This document shows positions 38,093-48,196 of a stretch of 64,000 nt of DNA, one piece after another. Every line of letters begins with the position of its first letter. Position 1 is the stretch's first letter. The stretch covers positions 1 through 64,000 of the IMG/VR virus record IMGVR_UViG_3300042883_000668; one strand, written 5' to 3'. The position numbers and the translations under genes were made by a program. This DNA comes from a virus. The notes beneath the pieces are model-generated. The model saw only the letters and a program-made list of their open reading frames with translations. It ran no database searches and had not been told where the DNA came from.

Positions 38093-38830
38093 ATGAAAGA
38101 ACAAATTGATAGTGCTATTGAAATATTAAAAAAACAAGAGATTAATGGATGTATTACAGGTTCATGTCTTTTAGATTACTTTGAAGGACAAGACATTGAT
38201 TTATTTACTTATGATAAAGCTAGTTTTACAAAACTACTTTGGTTTATGTATTATAATCCAATGTTTAATATCTTAGATCCTTTAGAAAAACATAAGTTTG
38301 ATGAGTTTACTAATGAAGATAAATCATCTTTAGATTCATTAGGATTAATTACAATCAAATTTAAATATAATTTATGTGTAGATGTAAATGTTATATTTAA
38401 AAAGTTTAACAAAACTTGTTTTGATGTAGTTAGTAACTTTGACTTAGATATTATAACAACAGCTTATGATATTAAGACAGGTAAAACAATGACTTTAAGA
38501 GAATCTACAGGTAAAGAAGGTACATGGAATAAGTGGAATAGTACATTTTATAGATGTAATTTCTGGGGTACTAAACGTCTTTTAAGACAGTTTGAAAGAG
38601 TAGTTAAATATACACAAAGAGGTTATGACTTAAGTTCTGTAACTGATAAGTATATTGAAATTATAGAAGAAATTATTTTAACTGATAATTTTTATAAATC
38701 AGAAAAAGGTAATAAGTATTTTGAAGATACTATTGAACAATTTGAAGTTGTACTAAAGATTCTTAAAGTTTGGAAAAGAGATCTAAGTATTACTCCAGAG
38801 CAATTATTAACATTAAAAACAATTATATAA
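38093..38830 (+). CDS. Pol-beta superfamily nucleotidyltransferase (CCA/poly(A) polymerase head-like)
   Basis: ITGSCLL...QDIDLF, NFDLDI, RVVKY..RGY. Confidence 0.7.
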   Translation: MKEQIDSAIEILKKQEINGCITGSCLLDYFEGQDIDLFTYDKASFTKLLWFMYYNPMFNILDPLEKHKFDEFTNEDKSSLDSLGLITIKFKYNLCVDVNVIFKKFNKTCFDVVSNFDLDIITTAYDIKTGKTMTLRESTGKEGTWNKWNSTFYRCNFWGTKRLLRQFERVVKYTQRGYDLSSVTDKYIEIIEEIILTDNFYKSEKGNKYFEDTIEQFEVVLKILKVWKRDLSITPEQLLTLKTII

Positions 38831-39549
38831 TGAAACATTTAACAATAAACAATTATAATGAAGCTGAGTTATTAGCAATACCTGTTCCAGCTAAGACTTT
38901 AAGTTATAGTCCTATTTCACATGGGGAAATAATAGAAGGTATTAAAGAGCAGTTAGATATTAAAGGTTTTAAAATTAAAACTACTAATTATCATGCTAAT
39001 CATGAAGGTACTAAACTAATAGGTTACTATGGTATAGAACATACTGATAGTGAGTTAGGTATTATGATAGCTTTTAGAAATAGTTATAATAAAACTATGT
39101 CTGCAGGATTAGCAATAGGTGGACAAGTATGGATTTGTTCAAATGGTATAGTATCAGGAGATATTTCTTTAATTAGAAAACATACTGGTGCAGCTAGTTC
39201 AGTTGTTAAAAATAAAATTATAGATTCTATCAATGAATTTGATGTTTCATTTAATTCTATTATTGCTGATAGAAATTTAATGAAAGAAAGAGATATAACA
39301 AAAAAGACTTGTTCTGAATTGTTAGGTAGAATGTATATTGAAGAAAAAATGATAACATCTACTCAGTTAGATATTATCAAGAATGAGTTATATTATTCAA
39401 AAGATTTTACAAATGATACTGTTTGGGATTTTTATAATAATATTACAGAAAGTTTAAAAACAAGTACTCTCAATAACTATTTAGGTGACCATGTTAAAGT
39501 ACATAACTTTATAAAAAAAGAATTATTAACCTTAAAAACATTAGCATAA
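38830..39549 (+). CDS. DUF932/DUF945-like protein
   Basis: FRNSYNK...G..VWICSNG...RKHTG...TVWDFYN..TE. Confidence 0.75.
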   Translation: MKHLTINNYNEAELLAIPVPAKTLSYSPISHGEIIEGIKEQLDIKGFKIKTTNYHANHEGTKLIGYYGIEHTDSELGIMIAFRNSYNKTMSAGLAIGGQVWICSNGIVSGDISLIRKHTGAASSVVKNKIIDSINEFDVSFNSIIADRNLMKERDITKKTCSELLGRMYIEEKMITSTQLDIIKNELYYSKDFTNDTVWDFYNNITESLKTSTLNNYLGDHVKVHNFIKKELLTLKTLA

Positions 39550-39731
39550 TGAGTGAAATAGATAACTTATTAAATGAATTAAGAAATATGAAAGCTGAGG
39601 CTAAAGCACATTTACTTAATAACAAAGAAACATGGAGTAAAATAGGAAACAAAGATTTATCTGGTTTAGGTTTTAACTCTGTTGATGAATTACAAGCATG
39701 GTTGCTTGAAAACCCTTATAGCAATATTTAA
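39549..39731 (+). CDS. Hypothetical protein
   Basis: 60 aa coupled ORF. Confidence 0.5.
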   Translation: MSEIDNLLNELRNMKAEAKAHLLNNKETWSKIGNKDLSGLGFNSVDELQAWLLENPYSNI

Positions 39732-39733
39732 TT

Positions 39734-39985
39734 ATGAGAAAGTTTATAACAGATAATGATATTTCTTTTGAGCCAGGCTCAAGAAATAGTAGTGTAGTAA
39801 CACTTATTGGATATGCTCAACATTTAGGATTAATGCAAGAGCAATTAGAAGATGAATTAAATGATGAAATTAAAGCTGATGGATTTATTGGAACTGAAAT
39901 AGATAGACTTTGGGATTATTGCAAAGGTAGTAATTACAAAAAGTGGTGGTCAACTAAACAAGCTAAAGCTCAATATAAATTCTAA
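39734..39985 (+). CDS. Stand-alone PriCT-1-like helical domain
   Basis: FEPGSRNSSVVTLIGYA...G resembles the GxRN start of primase C-terminal domains. Confidence 0.5.
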   Translation: MRKFITDNDISFEPGSRNSSVVTLIGYAQHLGLMQEQLEDELNDEIKADGFIGTEIDRLWDYCKGSNYKKWWSTKQAKAQYKF

Positions 39986-40140
39986 TGAAAACTTTTGTAT
40001 TTATTCAGAAAAATAGTAGTGTTGTAGTAAGTTTATCTGCAGAATCATTTGAAGAAGCTGAAAAATTATTATTTGAAACAGTTGTTTCAGATTATGGTTG
40101 GAAAGTTGAAAATGAAGAAGGTGAAGAACAACAATATTAA
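39985..40140 (+). CDS. Small acidic hypothetical protein (51 aa, not in ORF track)
   Basis: MKTFVFIQKNSSVVVSLSAESFEEAEKLL...; TAATG coupling. Confidence 0.55.
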   Translation: MKTFVFIQKNSSVVVSLSAESFEEAEKLLFETVVSDYGWKVENEEGEEQQY

Positions 40141-40151
40141 AAACAAATATT

Positions 40152-40625
40152 ATGAAAAGTTTTCTTTTAAAATCAAATGCTCCTATTGTAAAATGGTCTA
40201 TGGTTCCAGATAATACATTTTTTGAAGGTTCTGTACCAGAAGGTTATGCGTTAGCAGTAGCACCATCAGATAATTATATTATACTAGATATTGATGTTAA
40301 GAACGATAAGAATGGTTATGAATTCATACCTGATAATATTTTATCTGAATTACAACAATCATTTATGTATAATACTAAATCAGGTGGAGCTCATTGTTGG
40401 CTTAATTATACAGGAGATAAGCAACTTTTAAATAAAGCCACTAAGTATGGCTTAGATTTAAGAGTTGCTAAAGGTTCTTATGCAATGGGTTATGTTAAGT
40501 ATCCACATAATGTAGATATTAGACAATGTATCCATTTAATCAAGGAAACTTCTTCTGATATGAATAATTGGCTAGAATCATTATTTCAAGGAGTAAAAGT
40601 AGATAATCAAATAAATAACAAATAA
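40152..40625 (+). CDS. Prim-Pol (bifunctional AEP) N-terminal domain protein
   Basis: IILDIDVK, TKSGGAH, LDLR...GYVKYP motifs. Confidence 0.75.
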   Translation: MKSFLLKSNAPIVKWSMVPDNTFFEGSVPEGYALAVAPSDNYIILDIDVKNDKNGYEFIPDNILSELQQSFMYNTKSGGAHCWLNYTGDKQLLNKATKYGLDLRVAKGSYAMGYVKYPHNVDIRQCIHLIKETSSDMNNWLESLFQGVKVDNQINNK

Positions 40626-40636
40626 AACAAAAACAA

Positions 40637-40867
40637 ATGGAAGATCAAGTAAACACAGTAACTGAGGTTACTTCAGTAGCAAAGACTACTACAACAGCTA
40701 GAACAATTTCTAAAGTAGAATTAGCTTCAATGGTTGAATCAGGAACTAAGAAAGAAGCTATTGCAGCTCATTATGGTTTAAATACTGCTCAAACAACTAA
40801 GTTGTTAAAATCAGCAGGTTTAAAAATTCGTAAATTTCATGCACCAGCATTTACTTTAGTAGACTAA
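40637..40867 (+). CDS. Small HTH-like protein
   Basis: KKEAIAAHYGL..AQ..KLLKSAGL. Confidence 0.5.
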   Translation: MEDQVNTVTEVTSVAKTTTTARTISKVELASMVESGTKKEAIAAHYGLNTAQTTKLLKSAGLKIRKFHAPAFTLVD

Positions 40868-40868
40868 T

Positions 40869-41963
40869 ATGGTTACTAGAGAAGATATTCAAAATAAAGT
40901 ACTTTCTATGTTAATTAAAATAGATAGAGGTACAGCAGCACTTTCTGGTGGAACTGGAAAAACATTAATTGGTTTAAAGCATATGGATCATATGTTTGTT
41001 AAAGGAATAAATGATAAATTTTTAGTAGTTGCACCAAAAAGATCAATTTTTGAATCTTGGAAAGATGATGCTAAAAAATTTAATCTTGAATTTCTTCTTG
41101 AACATATTACTTTTTCCACTTATTTATCTTTAAATAAACAAGCTAATGATTATAATATGATTTATTTAGATGAATGTCATTCACTTAAATTAAGTCATAA
41201 TGAGTGGTTAAGTAAGTTTAAAGGTATAATAATTGGATTAACCGGAACTCCTCCTAAAGATGAAAAGTCTGAAAGAGGATTTATGGTAGATAAATATTGT
41301 CCTGTAATATATTCATATAATACAGATCAGGCAGTAGATCACTCTATATTAAATGATTATAGAGTAGTTGTACATTATGTACAATTAGATAAAGAAAAAA
41401 ATATTAAGGTTGTGAAACCTCAAGCTACTTGGATGACTAGCGAACATGCTATTTATACTTATTGGTCAGGAAGAGTAGAAAACTCACATGGTAAGATGAA
41501 ACAGATTGCAGCTATACAACGCATGAAGGCAATGCAGGGATTTTTCACCAAAGAAGTTAAAGCTAAGAACCTGTTAGATAGTATAGGATTATACAGTAAA
41601 TGTTTATGTTTTGCTAGTACCCAAGAACAGGCAGCAAGAATATGTCCTATAACTTATCATTCTAATAATAAATTCTCTGAATCTAATTTAGAGAAATTTA
41701 AAGTTAGTACTGGTATGAATAATAAATTATGTGCAGTAGAACAACTATCAGAAGGTGTTAATATACCTAATCTAAAGTTTGGAATTATCTTACACTCTTA
41801 CGGCAATGAGAGAAAAGCTAGTCAAAAGATATTTAGATTTCTTAGATTAAATCCTGATGATTGTAGTACTATACACATACTTTGTTATAAGGATACAATT
41901 GATGAACAATGGGTTAAATCTGCATTAGAAGGATTTAACCAAGATAAAATAACATACTTATGA
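40869..41963 (+). CDS. SF2 DExH helicase
   Basis: GGTGKT, LDECH, GLTGT, SEGVNIP, Q..FRFLR. Confidence 0.88.
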   Translation: MVTREDIQNKVLSMLIKIDRGTAALSGGTGKTLIGLKHMDHMFVKGINDKFLVVAPKRSIFESWKDDAKKFNLEFLLEHITFSTYLSLNKQANDYNMIYLDECHSLKLSHNEWLSKFKGIIIGLTGTPPKDEKSERGFMVDKYCPVIYSYNTDQAVDHSILNDYRVVVHYVQLDKEKNIKVVKPQATWMTSEHAIYTYWSGRVENSHGKMKQIAAIQRMKAMQGFFTKEVKAKNLLDSIGLYSKCLCFASTQEQAARICPITYHSNNKFSESNLEKFKVSTGMNNKLCAVEQLSEGVNIPNLKFGIILHSYGNERKASQKIFRFLRLNPDDCSTIHILCYKDTIDEQWVKSALEGFNQDKITYL

Positions 41964-42562
41964 TGGAAAAATTTAGTGTAGACTTAAGCAAATTATATAC
42001 TAATAAACTAAAATTAGAAGAATGGTTTATTTTATATTGTTTAGTCAATAAAGAAGAAGAAATACTTGTAAAATATGTCCAAAGTTGTGGACCAATTGAT
42101 ACAGAAGTATTTTATAATTTAAGAAATTCTGGATTTATTGTATTGAAAGATGCTTTAAATTGCACTTTTAATAGTATTATTGTGACTGAAATCACAAAAA
42201 ACCTATTTAATGTGCAAGATAGTGCACTTTTTGATACATTATTCAGAGAATTGTTGTCTACTTATCCTAGTAGTGTTAAAAGAATTACTGGTGGTACAAG
42301 AAGATTGCATAATGATTTAGTAAGATGTAAAAAGTTATATAGATCTTGTCTAGTTAACGGTGAAAATATAAATATAGATTTACATAAGAAAATATTATTA
42401 TGTGTTCAATTGTATTACAGAGAGCACTTAAAGGATAATAAACAAGAATTTATGCAATTATTAGCTACATTTCTTTCTCAAAGAACTTTTGAGCAATATC
42501 TAAGTGATGTTACTAAAATAGAAGTATTACCTAAATCAAACACTGACTATGACGCAATTTAA
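41960..42562 (+). CDS. Putative replication initiator/helicase loader
   Basis: F.ELLSTYP...FMQLLATFLSQ; directly upstream of DnaB-like gene. Confidence 0.5.
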   Translation: MMEKFSVDLSKLYTNKLKLEEWFILYCLVNKEEEILVKYVQSCGPIDTEVFYNLRNSGFIVLKDALNCTFNSIIVTEITKNLFNVQDSALFDTLFRELLSTYPSSVKRITGGTRRLHNDLVRCKKLYRSCLVNGENINIDLHKKILLCVQLYYREHLKDNKQEFMQLLATFLSQRTFEQYLSDVTKIEVLPKSNTDYDAI

Positions 42563-43607
42563 GCAAAGAATAGAACAAGGATTATCAGGTGAATACACTG
42601 GATTAGCTAACGGCTTTGATAGAATTAACAAGTACATTTATAATATTCAAAGAAGTTGTTACACCTTAATAGGTGGACTGTCAGGAAGTTCTAAAACAAC
42701 TCTTTGTGATTTTATATTATTGAATGGCTTACAAGATGCTAAGGCTAAAGGTATTCCATTTAATGTTACTTATTACTCTTGGGAGATTGATGAAATTAGT
42801 AAGAAAGCTAATTGGTTATCTATTATGATTTATAAAAAGTATGATAGAGTAATATCACCACAAACTATTAAAGGTTTAGGTGACTCTAGATTAACTGATG
42901 AAGAAAAAGAAATAGTGTATGCTGAATTACCTGAATTAGAAGAACTATTTGCAGAAATAGATTGGCATTGGGTTCCAGAAAATCCTACAGGCTTGTATCA
43001 CTTATGGTGGAAAACAATGTCTGCTAAGGGTGAGTTTACAACAATACCATATACTGATGAGGAAGGTAATTCTAGAGAAAAAATAATCAGTTGGAAAGCT
43101 AATAATAAAGAAGAATACAATATTGTAGTGTTAGATCACATGGCTCTAGGTCGTCTAGAAAGAGGATTTAATCTTAAACAGAATATTGATAAAATGTCTG
43201 AGTATGTTGTTGCTTGTAGAAATATGTTTAATATGACATTTTTTGTAGTGCAACAATTTAATCAAGGTTTGAGTTCAGTAGATAGATTGAAGTTTAAAGG
43301 TGCAGATATTTCTCCACAACAAACTGATTTCAAAGATTCTACTAATCCTTACCAAGATGCAGATGTAGTATTAGGTTTGATGAATGCTTATAAGATGGAC
43401 TTAGAAACAAGTTTAACTTACAATATTAAAGTTGATGGATTTCCAGGTAATTTAAAAGGTAAATACAGACTTCTTAAAGTAATTAAGAATAGATTAGGTC
43501 AAGATAATATATCCATAGGATTATATACTAAACCTGAAGCTGGTTATTTTGAAGAATTACCTAGAGAAATGACAACAGAAGATTACACAATGTACTTAAA
43601 CAAATAG
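42549..43607 (+). CDS. DnaB-like replicative helicase
   Basis: GGLSGSSKTT, VVLDH, VQQFNQ, YQDADVVL, KNRLG. Confidence 0.85.
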   Translation: MTQFKQRIEQGLSGEYTGLANGFDRINKYIYNIQRSCYTLIGGLSGSSKTTLCDFILLNGLQDAKAKGIPFNVTYYSWEIDEISKKANWLSIMIYKKYDRVISPQTIKGLGDSRLTDEEKEIVYAELPELEELFAEIDWHWVPENPTGLYHLWWKTMSAKGEFTTIPYTDEEGNSREKIISWKANNKEEYNIVVLDHMALGRLERGFNLKQNIDKMSEYVVACRNMFNMTFFVVQQFNQGLSSVDRLKFKGADISPQQTDFKDSTNPYQDADVVLGLMNAYKMDLETSLTYNIKVDGFPGNLKGKYRLLKVIKNRLGQDNISIGLYTKPEAGYFEELPREMTTEDYTMYLNK

Positions 43608-43608
43608 A

Positions 43609-45159
43609 ATGGGAAGAATTATCTTAGCTATCGGTAATCCTGGTAGTGGCAAATCTAGAGCCATATTAAATTTAGATGAGAATACAACTCTATTAGTTAA
43701 ACCTAATAGAAAAGAACTACCTTTTAAGGGTGGTGCTGTGAAATACAGTTCAGAAAAAGGTAATGTAGTAAATTGTTCTACATTTCCAGAGCTTAAAGTT
43801 ATATTAACTAAAGCTAATGATGGTACAAAATTCAAAACAATTGTTGTTGAGGATTTTACTCACTTTTTAACTAATAGAGTTATGGCTGATGCCAAAATTA
43901 ATGGGTTCTACTAAAATTGAAGCTCAGGATAAACCTATTTAACTGACTGGAAACTCCTTAGAGTCTTACACACTCCCTACAACAGTGATGATTGTAGTAT
44001 AGTAAAAGAGGTAAGAATTGGACAATCAGCAGCCAAGCATCTTTATGAGATGAAGGTTCAACGACTATCGAAACACATATTTGTGAAAATATGAATGGAG
44101 TAGAGTAGACAAATTTTAGTCGAAAATTTGTCGAAAAGGTAGGTTATTATTTTATCTTTGTAATAAAATAAATAATATGAGAAAAATTAATGGTAAATTA
44201 ACAAAAGAATATCAAGCTTGGAAAGCAATGAAAGCTAGATGTTATTCTAATTGTCATAAAGATAAAAATTATCAATTGAATAATATTCAAGTTTGTGATA
44301 GATGGAAAAATTCTTTTAAAAACTTTTTACAAGATATGGGAGTATCTCCTGAAAATCATTCTTTAGATAGAATTGATAATCTAGGTAATTATGAACCAAA
44401 TAATTGTAAATGGGCAACAGCTAAAGAACAAACTTCTAATAGAAGTGATTTTAATTTAAAATACACTTATAACGGAGAAACAAAAATACTTTCTGAATGG
44501 GCTGAATTATATAATTTAGATTATAATAATTTGCATAAAAGAATATTTAGAAGTAATATGTGTTTTGAAGAAGCTATTGTTTATGACAATTTAAAATTAA
44601 TTTTTTATAAAAAAGAATTTAAAACTGCTCAAGAATGGAGTAAGTTATTAAATATACCTTTAAGTATTATTTATGATAGAAAATCAAGAGGTTGGACATC
44701 TGAAAGAATGTTTGAACAACCTATTGGTGCAAAGAAAAATGTAATAAAAGATATAGTCTGACGTATAATGAAAATTATACGATATTTGTTCAAAAGTGGT
44801 CAGATTTAGCAGTTGACGTATTTCAAGGCTTGATTAAGATGGAAGAAAAGTTACGTGATGATTTAAATGTGATAGTGATAGGACATACTGAAAGAAGTAC
44901 TAATATGAATGGTGATACAGAAATTACTCTACAAACTGTAGGTAAATTATTGGATAACCAGATTAAGATTCCTTCTTATTTTACTTATGTCTTACATGCT
45001 GATGTAAAAGAAGTGAATGGAAAAATGGAATATTCATTTTTAACTAATTATGATGGTCTAAGACTTGCTAAATCTCCAGAAGGTTGTTTAGATAAGTTTG
45101 AACCAAATGATTATAGATTAATTTTGGATAAAATAGCAAAATATCAATTAGGAGAGTAA
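43609..45159 (+). CDS. AAA_24/Sak4-like ATPase, spliced: exon1 43609-43906, exon2 44789-45159 (222 aa)
   Basis: GNPGSGKS, IVVED in exon1; joined junction reads INGFQKWSDLA; IVIGHTE, GKLLD, AKSPEG in exon2. Confidence 0.85.
44127..44160 (+). promoter_or_regulatory. Intron-internal promoter for homing endonuclease
   Basis: TTTG-N22-TATCTTTG, 16 nt upstream of ATG 44177. Confidence 0.55.
44177..44761 (+). CDS. Intron-encoded HNH-type homing endonuclease
   Basis: W.AMK.RC...I.VCDRW..F..F..DMG...SLDRIDN.GNYEP.NC.WAT; stop lies in intron S element. Confidence 0.85.
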   Translation: MRKINGKLTKEYQAWKAMKARCYSNCHKDKNYQLNNIQVCDRWKNSFKNFLQDMGVSPENHSLDRIDNLGNYEPNNCKWATAKEQTSNRSDFNLKYTYNGETKILSEWAELYNLDYNNLHKRIFRSNMCFEEAIVYDNLKLIFYKKEFKTAQEWSKLLNIPLSIIYDRKSRGWTSERMFEQPIGAKKNVIKDIV

Positions 45160-45202
45160 TCCTTTCCTATAATTTAAATTATTAATTATAAAAACAAAAA
45201 TT

Positions 45203-45796
45203 ATGTTCAATTTTGAAAATGCAGAAGTATCTAAAGGTAATTACAAAGAAACTATTAAACCAGGAATTAGTGTAGTTAAAACTACAGCTATTACTACTGG
45301 TGTTAGTTCACAAAAACAAACTCCTTATTTAGAGTTTGTAGTAGAAGATTCACATGGTGCTGAATTAAAACAACAGTATTATTTAAGTACTGTAGTTAAT
45401 CCTGGTAAACAAAAGTCTGCTTGGGATATTTCTAAGAATGCAATTTTAGCATTAGTTGCTGCATCTAATAACTTAGACGAAGCTACAGCTAAAACTAAAA
45501 TGCCTAATGCTAAATCTGCTGAAGAATTAGCTCAGAAGTTAGCTATCTTATTAACAGGTAAAGAATTCAGATTAAAAATTACTGGTGAAGAGAAAATTTC
45601 TCAAAAAGGTACTAAGTATGTAGCTTCTTCATTTGGTAATGGTGTATTTTGTGAGTCTAAATCAGTATCTGAAGCAGATTCTAAATTATACTTTAGTGCT
45701 GATAAGAATGTTAAAAAATTAGCTATTGAACCAGCGAATACTGCAGATGCTCAATCAGCATTCTCTAGTCCTGCTGATGATTCAGTTACATTTTAA
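45203..45796 (+). CDS. Putative single-stranded DNA-binding protein
   Basis: Follows Sak4-like ATPase; OB-like N-terminus, acidic tail ending DDSVTF. Confidence 0.6.
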   Translation: MFNFENAEVSKGNYKETIKPGISVVKTTAITTGVSSQKQTPYLEFVVEDSHGAELKQQYYLSTVVNPGKQKSAWDISKNAILALVAASNNLDEATAKTKMPNAKSAEELAQKLAILLTGKEFRLKITGEEKISQKGTKYVASSFGNGVFCESKSVSEADSKLYFSADKNVKKLAIEPANTADAQSAFSSPADDSVTF

Positions 45797-45836
45797 TTTG
45801 TCACATATTTGTCTATATTTGTGACAATAAAACAAT

Positions 45837-45869
45837 ACTCCTTAACCCCGTAAGGTTAGGGAGTTTTTT
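45837..45869 (+). terminator. Rho-independent terminator
   Basis: ACTCCTTAACC-ccgtaa-GGTTAGGGAGT followed by T-run. Confidence 0.7.
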
Positions 45870-45880
45870 AATTTAAATTT

Positions 45881-46891
45881 ATGTTCAACTTTGATAGTGC
45901 AAGTTTACAGATAACAAAAGATGAAATACTTAAGTATATTACAGAGTTACAGATATTAGAAAGATATTGTAGTAATTATAAATCAATAGATTCTAGTTTT
46001 AAATCAGAATTCTATAATGATAGAAATGCCAGTTGTAGAATAGTAATTAGTGCATCAGGAATACCTTATTATAAAGATTTTGGTAATGGAGATTATTTTC
46101 TAGCATTTGATTATGTAAGTAGAAAGTATGGATCTAACTATCATGAAACTTGTAATATCATTGCTAATGATTTTGGATTAAAAAGTACTAACTTTAATGT
46201 TACTCCTCAATTATTAATATCTAATGATACTCCTAAGCTAGTTAAAGTTAAATCTAATATTCAAGTAGTCGTAAGACCATTTAACATGTTAGATTATTAC
46301 TATTGGAATCAATATCATATTTCACTAGCAACCTTACAATTATTTAATGTCAAAGCTTGTAAGAATGTTTATTTAGTCAAAGGAGATAAGCATTATGTGT
46401 TTAATCATAAGAATGATAATCCTTTATATTCTTATAAATTCTTTAAAAATAATACAGAATATCTTAAAATTTATAGTCCTTATTCAGTTACTAAAGAAGG
46501 TAAATGGTTAAGTAATGTAGGTGCAGATTGTTTACAAGGTTATGATCAATTACCTGAAACTGGAGATTTACTTATTATAACAAAATCAATGAAAGACGTT
46601 TTGTGTCTATATGAAATGCAATATAATTCTGTAGCAGTACAAGCTGAAACAAATGACTTATCTAAAAAAAGTTATGAAGAATTAAAAAGAAGATTTGGTA
46701 TTATAATTTCTTTATATGATAATGATGAAGCTGGTAAAAATGGAGCACAAAAACTTTTGGAAAAGTATAATATTTTACCTATCTTTATACCTGAAATCAC
46801 AGGTTGTAAAGACATAAGTGATTTTATAAAATCAAATAACTTAGTTAAAGCTAAGAAATTAATTATAAAATTATTAAATGGGAAAATTTAA
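45881..46891 (+). CDS. DnaG-like Toprim primase (crAss type)
   Basis: YKDFG, LIITKSMKDV, YDNDEAG, KDISD. Confidence 0.85.
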   Translation: MFNFDSASLQITKDEILKYITELQILERYCSNYKSIDSSFKSEFYNDRNASCRIVISASGIPYYKDFGNGDYFLAFDYVSRKYGSNYHETCNIIANDFGLKSTNFNVTPQLLISNDTPKLVKVKSNIQVVVRPFNMLDYYYWNQYHISLATLQLFNVKACKNVYLVKGDKHYVFNHKNDNPLYSYKFFKNNTEYLKIYSPYSVTKEGKWLSNVGADCLQGYDQLPETGDLLIITKSMKDVLCLYEMQYNSVAVQAETNDLSKKSYEELKRRFGIIISLYDNDEAGKNGAQKLLEKYNILPIFIPEITGCKDISDFIKSNNLVKAKKLIIKLLNGKI

Positions 46892-47456
46892 AGATTTAAC
46901 AGGAAATGTTTATGGTAGACTTACAGTAATAAAATTAGATAGTAGGAGAATTAAACCAAAATCTCAACTTCCATCTATTTATTGGTTATGTAAATGTATT
47001 TGTGGTAAAGAAAAAGTTATAGCTGGAAGTTCTCTTAAACAAAATTTAACAAAAAGTTGTGGATGTATAGTTAAAGAATCAGGATTAAAAATTAGTGGAC
47101 ATCGAAGTTCTACTCGTGGAGCATTTGATGATTTACATAATGTTTATATGCGTGGTGCTAAAAGAAGAAATCTAATTTTTAATTTGACAATTGATGAATT
47201 TAAAAATTTAACAAGCAATAATTGTCATTATTGTGACGTTCCACCTTCACAGGTGAGAAAATCTCAATCTAAATATAATTCTGAATCTAAAAATTACACA
47301 TATAATGGTATAGATAGATTAGACTCTACTAAAGGATATATTTTAGGAAATGTAGTATCTTGTTGTCATACTTGTAATATTATGAAAAGAGATAAATCGT
47401 ATTTAGAATTCTTAATTAGAATTGAGAAAATATATGAAAAATTAATTAAAAATTAA
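46878..47456 (+). CDS. HNH-type homing endonuclease
   Basis: DLTG..YGRLTV, WLCKCICG, KSCGC, CHYC, NGIDRLDSTKGY..GNVVSCC..CN.MK. Confidence 0.85.
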   Translation: MGKFKDLTGNVYGRLTVIKLDSRRIKPKSQLPSIYWLCKCICGKEKVIAGSSLKQNLTKSCGCIVKESGLKISGHRSSTRGAFDDLHNVYMRGAKRRNLIFNLTIDEFKNLTSNNCHYCDVPPSQVRKSQSKYNSESKNYTYNGIDRLDSTKGYILGNVVSCCHTCNIMKRDKSYLEFLIRIEKIYEKLIKN

Positions 47457-47462
47457 TATATT

Positions 47463-47753
47463 ATGATAAATTTAAACTGGCAACAATTTGTTGAAAAGTA
47501 TTCTCCAATAAAGAATACATTTGTAAAAGATGCTGCATGTGATGGACACTTGTTTCAAGAAACTGATCACTTAAAAGATATACCTAAAAATAAAATATGG
47601 ACATTATTAGATAATAATGATGGTGAAGATATGTTTATTCTTAATGGATTATGGTTTATTAATGCATTAGGGTATTTAGTAGCAAGAGAAGAATATGCTT
47701 TAGAAGAAAAAACTGAAGTAAGATTAGAAGATGGATATGAAATAAAAGAATAA
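47463..47753 (+). CDS. Hypothetical protein
   Basis: 96 aa ORF. Confidence 0.55.
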   Translation: MINLNWQQFVEKYSPIKNTFVKDAACDGHLFQETDHLKDIPKNKIWTLLDNNDGEDMFILNGLWFINALGYLVAREEYALEEKTEVRLEDGYEIKE

Positions 47754-47755
47754 TT

Positions 47756-48196
47756 ATGGAAATAATAAAAGTAAGTTTTGATCCCACTGAAATTTGGAAT
47801 CATGAAGATTTTAGACAATTAATTAAAGCAATTAATGAAAATGATTATTCACATTTAGGATTTGAATATGAATTATGGATTATTACTACAAATGATAGTC
47901 TTGCTTATATTAATGCCTTAGCTACACAACTTGATATTCCATCAGAAAGAGTTCAAATGTGTTTAAATGACTCTACTAAAGTAGGTATTATAATATTAAA
48001 TAGTGACATTCATTTTGATAATGATCAAGTTATTATTAATACTTTAAGACCTAATACTACACTTAATCCTGTAGGTATTTTAGTAGATAGAAAAATAGAT
48101 TATCCAGGTATGGGACTTAAGTATATTAAGAACTTAGATACTTGGACAATGGCAATTATGAGAGAGAGGAATGGTGATGAGAAGAAAATTTGTTAA
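47756..48196 (+). CDS. HAD-like hypothetical protein
   Basis: KVSFD, LWIITT, K, DIHFDND resemble degenerate HAD motifs. Confidence 0.4.
   Translation: MEIIKVSFDPTEIWNHEDFRQLIKAINENDYSHLGFEYELWIITTNDSLAYINALATQLDIPSERVQMCLNDSTKVGIIILNSDIHFDNDQVIINTLRPNTTLNPVGILVDRKIDYPGMGLKYIKNLDTWTMAIMRERNGDEKKIC

Larger units (their letters stand above)
43907..44788 (+). mobile_element. Group I intron
   Basis: P/Q AACTGACTGGAAA and AATCAGCAG, R GTTCAACGACTA, S AAGATATAGTC; P1 U-G splice pair, terminal G, P10 pairing TTGAA/TTCAA; removal restores frame. Confidence 0.92.

Noticed and set aside
43609-45159. Two separate genes or a pseudogene (43609..43914 and 44830..45159)
   Set aside because: Explained as two exons separated by a group I intron
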